Below are positions 36,700 through 47,500 of a stretch of DNA of 64,000 bases, in pieces (positions within the stretch are counted from its first letter, which is position 1; every line of letters starts with the position of its first letter). Source of the DNA: Phoronis australis. Taxonomy: Eukaryota > Animalia > Phoronida. The stretch is taken from the NCBI GenBank assembly GCA_002633005.1, contig NMRA01000198.1, forward strand, positions 306,455 to 370,454. Direction: 5' to 3'. The notes under the pieces are model-generated. The model had not been told where the DNA came from and searched no databases. It saw nothing but the letters and a program-made list of their open reading frames with translations. A program made the position numbers and the translations under genes.

Positions 36700-36930
36700 G
36701 CTAAACGCCGGGAAAGCAAGACCAACGATGGGCATGCATGAACACTACGTATGGAAGACCACCCACCAAGAACCATACTATGCAGTCCGTGACAACAAAG
36801 TGGGAATAGATTTTTAATTGATTCCTGCTTTTTTCAGTTAAAGACTGACGCCAATTGTACTAGGCATTGGGAGATGACAGAACGAGGATTGTTTGAAATC
36901 AACAAAACATGGTTCAGTATCCTTTTACGG
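36700..36930 (+). repeat. Dispersed repeat, second copy at ~63575-63770
   Basis: Colinear blocks AAGACCAC.CACC, TTTTTA.TTGATTCCTGC, TGACGCCAAT, TGACAGAACG, AGTATCCTTTTA in both. Confidence 0.6.
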
Positions 36931-37471
36931 TTACCTCAAACTTTATTTGGTGAGCTTCATTCTAACTCATAAAAAACAGACTATGATGCGATCCAGTAAA
37001 AGTATACATTTTCTAAAACAAAAAATCACAGATTATAAAAATTGTTTTATATTTATTTATGTCCCGTTATTATTATGATTAACACCGGTTTTAACCCAAA
37101 ATATAATTTTAAGAAAGGTACATCCATAAGAACTCCTTGGTCGATTTTAATGAACCCTTTTTAAATGGAAACTTTGAGAACACAGTTTGGAGTTTTTAAT
37201 TACTCATTTAGTTTTGTTTCTATGCCATATTAACTTGGTAAAAATAACACTTGTATTTGTCTATGTTATGGTATGTTCTTGTGATTGGTGAATAAATATT
37301 TATAATTAAAATTGTGGTTTTAAGAACTCGTCACGTAGAACTCTAGCCCTAGAATGCCAACTCCCGCACATGACCAATGTATTCTATTATTAGAGCTTGC
37401 AACCACCAGCCGAGGCTGGCCTCGAGAGTTTGCACTTTGTAAATTCCTGGCAGTATACTCGATTGAGTTTC

Positions 37472-37733
37472 CATAGGCGGATTTAGGGGGGGCAGAGACC
37501 CCNAGCAGCAGCGCGAAGCGTGAGGAAATATTGAGTTCAGTAACTAGGACTGGTAGGGAATGTAGCGGAATCGTGTTCCCGTTTTGTTTTGTTTTTTTGT
37601 CCACCGATGGAGTTTCTCACAGAAGGTCCACTGGAACTTTCGGGCCGCCTGTGCAGATACAGTCGCGCTTTGCCCAATTCCCCGAGGCAATGTGTTGCCC
37701 CCCCCCCCTTATGGTATCCTAGATCTGACACTG
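37472..37733. mobile_element. Short GC-rich hAT-type MITE-like repeat (contains an N)
   Basis: CATAGGCGGATTTAGGGGGGGC ... GCCCCCCCCC..CCTAGATCTGACACTG imperfect inverted ends; no TSD seen. Confidence 0.4.
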
Positions 37734-38049
37734 GTTTTGATCCTGTGTCGTAGTAATGAAATCATTACTTTATTTTCATTTGACATATTTGTTCATCAAA
37801 GCTGCTTCTTTTATGAGGTTTACTGCACTCTTCTCACAACAAGCTTCCAATCCAAACGATTTTTACTCACTGACAACTGTTTGGACGACATGGTCAAAAT
37901 TATCAACATGATGGTTCACTCGACCCCTGAGAGGATATATAGTGTCTTGTATATAGTGTCAATTCCTTTATTTAAATCGGGTGTGCCAGTTTCATAGTTT
38001 TTGCCGTAATTTAACTTAAAGTATCATACTTAAATTTCTAATGAAAATA

Positions 38050-40627
38050 GCAAAAAGGATTGTTGATTTTAAACCTTTAATGAATGTTTCTCGTTTTGAT
38101 CTATCACTCTTAGGTTATCATTCAATGTAACTAATTCGGTTGAAATAAATATCCGTTTTTACTTGACTTTCGTTGTCGAGTTTATTTGCAGAGACGTCGT
38201 AGAGCAGACAGTAGCATAAAGAGCATTAGAACGTAAAATTGGTAAGGCAATGTTCATGTTTCGTTGACGGTAGAAAAACAGATATCTAACACTGAGCCCA
38301 GTTTCAGGCATTTGCTGAAACTTAAATAACCGTAACAAAATAAAGGTTTGTAACCCTCAATCATTAAAGTGTCTGAGTTTCTGTTCACAAGGTCTGCTTA
38401 ATTCAAATGCATGACTAACGCTTTGAGCGTGTTATTCGCTGCCTGTGGAAAAAAGAGTAACCACCTCGAATCACGGAATTCAGATTGTCACAGAATAAAG
38501 ACAGACGTTTCCTGAATAACCGTTTTATCTCTTGCGCACGAGCAGGTGACTAAACCAATTTAGGGTAAGTCCCCAAAATGAGGTCCATCATGCCCTTTTT
38601 ATTCCCACGCCTTCGTCACATTCTGCACTTTCTCTTCCTAGTGGACAGACCGAAACATTGCTTTCTTGGATGCGTATAACGAAAGGCCACTACTTTAAAG
38701 CATGGGCAAGAAAGTAATTTTCTGAAATTGTCCCCAGTGCGCATACGAATCGGGAACATTTGCGGTCGCAACCAAATGCTCAGCTGGTGAACGAAATTGC
38801 AATCGATAAATAATTATTATTATTTATCTGGGATCCCCGGAAAAATCTTAAACATTATTAATCAAATGCCAATAACCTCATCTTGAACTACGTTGAGCTC
38901 ATGATGATTCACAGCGAACTTGCCAAGGTGTTGTTGGATCGGCCGGGTAATTTGGAACATTTTGAGGGAGAAACTGGACATGAAAACGAATAAAGAACTT
39001 GCCAAGGTGTGGTTGGATCGGTAATGTGGAACATTCTGCGGGAGAAACTGGGCCTGAAAACGAACAACGAACGTGCAAACATTTTATCTAATAATCGCTT
39101 GGTTCACCAATTACATCAATGAGATGCGATCGAGCGTCAAGTCCGACATTTTAGCTCGTTTCACATCCAGTCTCCATTAGCATTACAGTCTGGTGAACAA
39201 CTGGAAAAAAGGGCCATTTGGACAGATTTTGACCACACTAAGCTAAATGTACAAGGCGATTTGTACGCGTTTTTCAATAGTTCAAGTAAGCTTTTATTTC
39301 TTTCGTTTTCTGTACCTTTCCAGACAAACATTTATTCACTTGCTGCTCAGTGATTTCAATTGCACACTGTTTCTTTTTGGATAGTNGCAAAAAGGATTAT
39401 GTTGATTTTAAACCTTTAATGAATGTTTCTCGTTTTGATCTATCACTCTTAAGTTATCATTCAATGTAACTAATTCGCTTGAAATAAATATCCGGTTTCG
39501 CTTGACTTTCGTTGTCGAGTTTATTTGCAGAGACGTCGTAGAGCAGTTAGTAGCATAAAGAGCATTAGAAGGTAAAACTGGTTAGGCAATGTTCATGTTT
39601 CGTTGACGGTAGAAAAACAGGTATCTAACACTGAGCCCAGTTTCAGGCATTTGCTGAAACTTAAATAACCGTAACCCTCAATCATTAAAGTGTCTGAGTT
39701 TCTGTTCACAAGGTCTGCTTAATTCAAATGCATGACTAACGCTTTGAGCGTGTTATTCGCTGCCTGTGGAAAAAAGAGTAACCACCTCGAATCACGGAAT
39801 TCATATTGTCACAGAATAAAGACAGACGTTTCCTGAATAACGGTTTTATCTTTTTCGCACGAGCAGGTGACTAAACCAATTTAGGGTAAGTCCCCAAAAT
39901 AAGGTCCACCATGCCCTTTTTATTCCCACACCTTCGTCACATTCTGCACTTTCTCTTCGTAGTGGACAGACCGAAACATTGCTTTCTTGGATGCGTATAA
40001 CGAAAGGCCACTACTTTAAAGTATGGGCAAGAAAGTGATTTTCTGAAATTGTCCCCAGTGCGCATACGAATCGGGAACATTTGCGGTCGCAACCAAATGC
40101 TCACCTGGTGAACGAAATTGCAATCGATAAATAATTATTATTATTTATCTGGGATCCCCGGAAAAATCTTAAACATTATTAATCAAATGCCAATAACCTC
40201 ATTTTGAACTACGCTGAGCTCATGATGATTCACAGCGAACTTGCCAAGGTGTTGTTGGATCGGTAATGTGGAACATTCTGCGGGAGAAACTGGGCCTGAA
40301 AACGAACAACGAACGTGCAAACATTTTATCTAATAATCGCTTGGTTCACCAATTACATCAATGAGATGCGATCGAGCGTCAAGTCCGACATTTTAGCTCG
40401 TTTCACATCCAGTCCCCATTAGCATTACAGTCTGGTGAACAACTGGAAAAAAGGGCCATTTGGACAGATTTTGACCACACTAAGCTAAATGTACAAGGCG
40501 ATTTGTACGCGTTTTTCAATAGTTCAAGTAAGCTTTTATTTCTTTCATTTTCTGTACCTTTCCAGACAAACATTTATTCACTTGCTGCTCAGTGATTTCA
40601 ATTGCACACTGTTTCTTTTTGGATAGT
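38050..40627 (+). repeat. ~1.3-kb tandem duplication (38050-39385 / 39387-40627) joined by a single N; likely allelic haplotypes
   Basis: Near-identical copies; copy 1 has an extra ~78-bp internal duplication (~38917-39063) and an 18-bp insertion near 38335. Confidence 0.9.
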
Positions 40628-40922
40628 CACAACCAGTGTAAGGTATGAAAGTAAATAAAAGCTAATGTATACTGCAATTTGTAAACCGAAACGAAATCGA
40701 CTGCTTCTGCTGTACGCATTGTTCGCAGTTGGCAAAGCGGTCACAATTTTTATCATCTGGATTGTGACTCAAGTTAAACTTTTTTCAAAATCATGCTTTT
40801 TATTCGGCTTTAGAATTGATACGCCAGTTGACCTCACCCTTTACTGACCAGTGGAGAACCAGATGTCAGGTATGTTCACCAGACTGTAATGCTAGATCGT
40901 TGAGCCTGGATGCAAGACAAAT
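40395..40922. mobile_element. MITE-like element with TAGCATTACAGTCTGGTGAACA inverted termini
   Basis: CATCCAG..TAGCATTACAGTCTGGTGAACA (40405-40441) is inverted relative to TGTTCACCAGACTGTAATGCTA..CTGGATG (40873-40912). The same end also occurs at ~9415-9480, ~11597-11660 and ~39155-39205. Confidence 0.6.
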
Positions 40923-42284
40923 TTAAGTTTCTCCCTTCTTTTGGCATTTCTAGGAAACATTGTTTAAGTGAAACTTTATGATGAATATATATACTACCCA
41001 CGAGGCCATGACCATAACATGGGGCGACTTTTATCAGTTTATTTTGTGGATTAAAAATAGACAGGAATGTTGAAAATTAAAACTTGTGAAAACAATTAAA
41101 TCTTCTGTTTCAATTCCAAACAATCCAAAAAACGATCAAAAAGGAAAAAATAGGATTCAGCTACTTTGAAGGCCAAGTTTTTGGATAATGGCTAGAGTGC
41201 CCTAGATCTACATAGTGTTCGCCTTGTAGTTGTTGTGGCAATGGTCATAGAACTCCAGCCTTGGAATGCCTACTCCAATATCTCCAACTGCTGAGGTTGC
41301 ACTCTGCTGAAAAAAGGTGGCATTTGCTGGCATTCTGTTGTTCTGGTGTTGTTATCCCAATGGAATTTACAGTCACAAAATCTTTTCGAAATCTTCTATT
41401 TTTCAATGAAATGCATAAAAATCATATCATTAGAAAGCCTTTCCTCAGTTCTTGATGATATATTGTTACAGCAGAAGCAAATGATACAGTTTAATTCATA
41501 AATAATTATCATTTCGCATACCTGACAGGTTTGAAAAATATTTTTTTTGGCAAAATTCGAAAAACAACACTGCGTCTGAAATTGGTGACATGTTATTGTA
41601 CTTATCAAATTATTAAAAGTAAAATGAGTAATGATAACAGAGGAGCACTGATACAAAGTAAACAAGACGCTTATGGCTAGCAATGAACAAGAGCAACACC
41701 AAGCATTGAAATGCACCCACCACTGCAACGCAAATTTGTGCTTCTAGTTTCTAATGGTGATTTCAGTATCATAAAAATGGCCATTACATGGCACAGAATA
41801 TGTCAAACCTATCCAAAAGGCATAGTCGTCTTTCTATTTTATGAAAGCCTACCAAGGAACTCCAAATATACAGATGTAAAAAAAAACAAATTGCCATTAG
41901 AAGGCACAGTCATAGTCGAATCTGCCCATCACATTAAAATTGCCACAAGGGGTAGATCCGAAAACAGACTACACATCTGCCAAATCTCATTACAAACCTG
42001 CCAGGGGTTCAGGAGATACAGCCGCAGACGCCAAGACAGAGATGACAGTAATATGCAATCAAATACATGGGCGGCACAGCACTGAAATAAGTGGGGGGGG
42101 ACTATTCTGGCAAACTATACAGTTGCAATGTCTTACTGAGTCACTCAAAGGGAGCAAATTGTAACTCATCAGACAAAACGATGATAATTACTTTTCCACA
42201 TACAATATTACAACAATGAATGTAACAAGCCATAGAACAAGTAGCACACAGTATGTGAACTTTATCTTCTAACATTTGTCAGTT

Positions 42285-44081
42285 TTAAAAGCTCGCCTGT
42301 AGAATACGGTCCATCTTAGCAGGCAGCAGCGCCACCATCTCCTCACAAATCTCCAACTCGCTGCTCATTACTTCACATGCCTCTGGGTGACGCTTGCAGT
42401 AACTCACCAGAAACTGATAGTTCTCCACACTCTGCTTCATGTTCAACAACCGCTTCGAAACAACAGGTTCAATGATTTTAGAGTACAAACGCCCGATGCA
42501 GAACTTGGCAACCAGAGCAGGTCTCAGACAGTCATCATTCAGTTTATCAGGAAAGACCTTCTTGGCATCCTTTAAGGTTTCCAGGTATTCCTCATACTTG
42601 CCAATGCTCTGGAGTGCCAGCTGGTTTATCTTACGAGCTGCATGAGCTGAAGGAATGGCTCTCTCCTGTCCTTCTTCGGGTTCTGCGTTTTCCACAACTG
42701 CCAGCTTGCAGTCCAGCATGGTGCTGTAAGTTTCAGCTATTTCATAAATCAGCTGCCGGCAGATCAGCAAATAGTGTTGTGGATTAAGCTCCTTCAGCAC
42801 ATCGGACAGCATATCCGCCCTTCGCTTGTGCATTTTTGACTGCTTCTCAAAACTCATCTCAAAGAAGGCTAATAGTTTAAATAGCCTACTATGGTCTTGT
42901 ACAAGCTCTACGTAATCGCTGCAGTAATCGTCAAGTGTGTAGAATTCTTTGGCACAACTCAGCCAGCGCTGCACTAGCAGAAATATGTCACGTCCAAACT
43001 TGTATGTGGAAACTGGTGCGAAAGTAATCATACTCTCATACGATGTCAGTTCCAGCTTGAATCTCAGTGAGTGGTCAATTTCTCCACTCTGATCCACATC
43101 AGATTTGTCAAAGGGATTATCTACTTTCTCTTCGATTCTCTTTAGCAATCTATCTTGAGAGTATTCCAATAGCGCAAGCCCATACTTAGCCCAACACCGC
43201 TCAATATCAGCAGTGTGACGAAGCAACTTTTCTCGTTTATCTCTCAAATCTGGCGATTCCTCAGGTGGCTTCCGTAAATCTCCTACTTCTTCGAATACTC
43301 TTGTAGCAGCAGCTAAACAATGGCGAGCGACCAAATAATTATTTTGAGTTATATAGTACTGAGAAAGAGTTGCGGCATTCAATGCCCAGTCTACAGGATC
43401 ATACTTTTTAGACTTAAGTTGACGCTGAAGGGTCTTGTGACAAAGTTCGGCAGATTTTTTGGGCTGCTCCATTTTCCCATACACCTGTGCGAGATAATAC
43501 AACGTATGCGTGTACTGACTCTCAAACTCATTTGAGCGGTCTCGCTCTTTCTCTGAATCTGACTTAGACGCATTTGTGAAGAATATGTCATCAAATGTTG
43601 ATGGAGTACCACCAACGTTATGTTTAAAATCAACATACACTTTCTCGGATTTTTCTAGAAAGTGAAATGCTTTTTGATACGAGCTTCTGCCACACCACAA
43701 AATCCCAAGTTGGTTGTAAGCAAACTGAATCACGAAACATGTTTTCTCTGTTTTTTCTAGGGGTTCTAACAAACTAACGGACTTCATAAGATGTTCTTCA
43801 CCCGATGACAGCTCTTCTGTTTCAACATAATTTGTGCCGAGTTTCGCTTGCAATGCGGCAACAACCAAGGTGAAGGTCAAATTTTCCTCCGCCGAGCTCT
43901 CACCAATGTTGTTAAAACTGTCGACACTGGACTTAATTTCCATCAAAATTTCTCTGGCTTTGTACAATGATTTGTAAGGGTTATCTTCAGGGTCATTTTT
44001 AGACTCAATTTCAGACAACTCAACCGCTTCCGCATACTTCTTAGAAGCTTCATTCAGCAAGTACTCCGTCAAGGTCGCCAT
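42285..44081 (-). CDS. KIFBP: KIF-binding protein (KBP / KIAA1279), TPR-like, 598 aa, single-exon CDS
   Basis: Uninterrupted ORF with KBP hallmarks DPEDNPYKSLYKARE, LGTNYVETEELSSGEEHL, YTHTLYYLAQVY, DWALNAATLSQYY, QDHSRLFKLLAFFE, KMHKRRADML, LNPQHYLLICRQL, ELEICEEMVALLP. Confidence 0.96.
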   Translation of the reverse strand: MATLTEYLLNEASKKYAEAVELSEIESKNDPEDNPYKSLYKAREILMEIKSSVDSFNNIGESSAEENLTFTLVVAALQAKLGTNYVETEELSSGEEHLMKSVSLLEPLEKTEKTCFVIQFAYNQLGILWCGRSSYQKAFHFLEKSEKVYVDFKHNVGGTPSTFDDIFFTNASKSDSEKERDRSNEFESQYTHTLYYLAQVYGKMEQPKKSAELCHKTLQRQLKSKKYDPVDWALNAATLSQYYITQNNYLVARHCLAAATRVFEEVGDLRKPPEESPDLRDKREKLLRHTADIERCWAKYGLALLEYSQDRLLKRIEEKVDNPFDKSDVDQSGEIDHSLRFKLELTSYESMITFAPVSTYKFGRDIFLLVQRWLSCAKEFYTLDDYCSDYVELVQDHSRLFKLLAFFEMSFEKQSKMHKRRADMLSDVLKELNPQHYLLICRQLIYEIAETYSTMLDCKLAVVENAEPEEGQERAIPSAHAARKINQLALQSIGKYEEYLETLKDAKKVFPDKLNDDCLRPALVAKFCIGRLYSKIIEPVVSKRLLNMKQSVENYQFLVSYCKRHPEACEVMSSELEICEEMVALLPAKMDRILQASF

Positions 44082-44543
44082 TGCGAATATTAAAGTAACA
44101 GGTCTTTCATGATTGTAAAATCTTGCGTGTATTTATTTTCTTTTACTTGATAGCAAATAAACTTTAAAAGTGGATGTTTCAAAATAATTTTTTTATTTTA
44201 TGAATGTCAAATTATGTTTTTAAATACATTTATTGCGCCTTTATGTACAGTTATATTAATAATATATTAATTACAATACACTTTAAAATTAATCTATTTT
44301 ACATTTGTTCTAAAAATATGTTTTTTTATCCAAAAGCTATCATTTTAATACTTTTTTTAATAAAAATCAAAAATTTTTGGTATTTTAAAATTTTCAATTT
44401 AAGATTTTGCGTTTCATTAATTGTATGTTGGTTCATGTGCGGACCGGAATTCCTTTCAGGTTGCCAGAGAAGCTTTGACACAGGCAGCTTCCCATTTTGG
44501 TTTGCGCTGTGTCTGCTTTCTGGTGTGGAATATACAGATAAAC
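44082..44543. promoter_or_regulatory. Probable bidirectional promoter between KIFBP and DYNC2LI1, with an X-box-like site
   Basis: 462 bp between divergent ATGs; very AT-rich 44130-44420; GTTGCCAGAGAAGC at 44460-44473 resembles an RFX X-box with an imperfect second half-site. Confidence 0.6.
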
Positions 44544-47500
44544 ATGTCTAAAACGTAAGTTTTATAGAAGAAGAAGTGGCGATCCTTGCGAAACGGTTTA
44601 TCACAGTTACGGTGGAAGAGCCTTGTTTTTTTTATTGGGCAATGTCTATTGTCATGAATGTCATGTTTCACTCTACTCTCTACTGTCGTACTGAGACAGT
44701 GACATCAGTCTCTAGCGGACTAGAGACGGGGTAGCTCCTATGGGAGCTTCATACGCTGGAAGCCTTTCGGCGAATTATGCCTCACACTGACTAAAACATC
44801 AAAGTCACATTATTATTAATACCTTTTGCGCATAGAGGGACATCTTAGGAGGTCATCGATGTATTTGGCCTTCCAACTCAAAGAAATACTGCCGTTATCA
44901 AACTTTTTCTTGGTACAGTCCCTCATTCAGTTCCCAAAATTGGTAACTGGCCATTTTTACCCTGTGCACCTCAGGGGATATGACGTCATACCACCTGCCA
45001 CCTGTTAAAAATGGCGAGTGTACAATTCTCTTTTGTAACAATGAAAAATATGTTGCTTGTGACATGGACACGCACCATTTCGTAATTTTTTGTGCAAAAT
45101 TTGTTCTTAACTTTTGTTTGCTGGCATCAAAATTCTTGAAACATATAATGAAACCAGCTCTGATAATCTGATAATTTATTGCGACGTGTAAGCAACCTCG
45201 TGGAAGAACATTAGTTGATTGAAGAATTGGTGAAAATAGAAACCAGCCAATAGGTGACGCAATATTTCTTGGCGCTGAAAGCCGACACAAAAGATCGCAC
45301 CACAATTATAGCAGCAGAATAACGGTAGAACGCCAATTTTTCCAACACTGATAAATTACTTAGTTTACTCTGTTGCCTAAGGAATAATGTACCATGATCA
45401 ACAGTGTACCCAAGGTCTACAACTTTTTGTTGAATAAATTAGCATTAACCAGTCCTATTGCTGCACCATTGTTCTTGGACACAAAAATGAAACCTCTACA
45501 TATTCTAGCTTGATTACTGAATTGCACATGTGCACAATCTTGCCTTTCTAGAATACAGATGGTAAAAATTTGAAGTAGTAGAGGAAGTAGCCTTGGTGCA
45601 GAGCTGTATACTAAATATACAGCTTTGCACCAATGTGGGTAAAAAACTGACGCTATTACAGTAATAGGAGGTTTCTATTCTTTAATGTCTCTGTATCTAC
45701 TCTTCTCATCTGAGTCACTGGCTTCCTACACCTGCTGTTCCTGTGCTTGGTGCTTTTATCACGTTTATTTAACGGTCACCTTATCAGGATATACAAAATT
45801 ATTTGAATAAAATAATTCAACCTTTCCAACAGCATTCTTTGAGTTGACCACATTTATTATTCCTATAAAGGATAATTGAGAAACGAACATTTTATGTCAA
45901 TTTGCAAACTTTTCTTTGCGCAAAGCACCTGTGTTGTCATATTTGCAACAAGTCTGTCTGGTAAATCAACTAACCAGACGTGCTAGAAGGTTTTCCTTTT
46001 TCTTTTCTTCCACTTTTCTCATCAATGGTGTGGCGGATGGAGTTGTGTTTAAATAATATATTGTATCTGGTTTCCAGGGTTGAGAGAAGCCTTTGGGACA
46101 TAGCAGTTGACGAGTCCAATGAAACAGGTAAAAGTAATATACAGGGTACAGAATAATGCCTACTCAGAGAGGAAATGGATCTGGTCTATTCTGGCTCATG
46201 ATTGGTCAAAGAAATGATGTCAAATTACTTAACAATGAAGACTGGCCCTCCTAACAAGGTTGCAGATTAGTCGTCCCCTCGTTACGATGTTTTCTTTTGC
46301 TTTTAATTACATGTTGATGTCTGCTGAGTAATGACAACATATTCATAATTTCAATGTCCGTTTATAGTGCGCCGATGTTAGTTCATAGTAATTGTACACT
46401 GCTCATGTGACGTCTAACAGGCTTGTAAACTCATGCGACTTTCCAAATAAGCAACACAGTACTGCCAAGAATTTGGCCAACTGCATGCTAGATGTTAGAA
46501 CCAGGCCAAACACTCAGCATGTGTTTGGTAAGCTTGTACTTTCCATAAACCCACCTGAAAATGCTTATTAAATAAACAATTTTGCTGTATATTATTCACA
46601 CTCAACCTATCCAGCAGTTTGACAAACCCATGAACAATTGTGACATGTTGAAAATTTAAGGTGGTGGTCTATCCTACCTGTCCCTCTCCCCTTTCAACAG
46701 GACCATAATAATAAACAAACAATAGCGGCATTCCAATGCAAAATTTAGTAGATGTAATCCCATTATTTTTTCCACTAAAATTTTAATGTGAAAAATTTTT
46801 GGATTGGGACACGATTTCTTCTCTATTCTGAATTCCAAATTTGCATGGACTAATGCCAGGAAATTTTATTTGTGTGTTTAAACGGTCTGTTTACTCAATT
46901 AAGAGTAGTTTAGTGTCAATTCCTGCCAATAAGAGCGACAAAAATGTCGGTACTCCGGCAATCAGGAATCCTTGGGAACATTACCGTTTGTGGAATTAAT
47001 CCTGAACATTTTTTCCTGAAATATTTCCGGGATTTCAAAATATATGAGAATGCAGATAATACCAACATGATGTTTTAGGTATCCCTCAGGTGCTTATCTT
47101 TCGAATGTGTTGCTGGGACCCCCATTGAAACATCCAAGATTTGCTATTGAATACATATGATTTGTTAAGGTCAGTAGGAATGTTTATATGTTTTGTGTGC
47201 CAAGCTTTATGTCACTTGAGTGAAATACTGCTTTTTTTCAGAGCATCAACAACAGAGTGATGAAAGCTCAATTTTGTTTGTTGGCAGCAGAAGTTCTGTA
47301 AGTCAGATAAAGATTACTTAATAAATGTTAATAAATTATACAATGTGTATTTGAGTAGATTGTTGTTTTCAGTAATCAGAATTTGCTGAAAATGTAGATT
47401 ATTGTAGTTAATGTTGTGAGAGTGTTGAAATTTAATCTTCAGTGGTAACATTCCATTTTTCAACTTTTATTTCATTACTCTCATACAGCCGAAAGAATCG

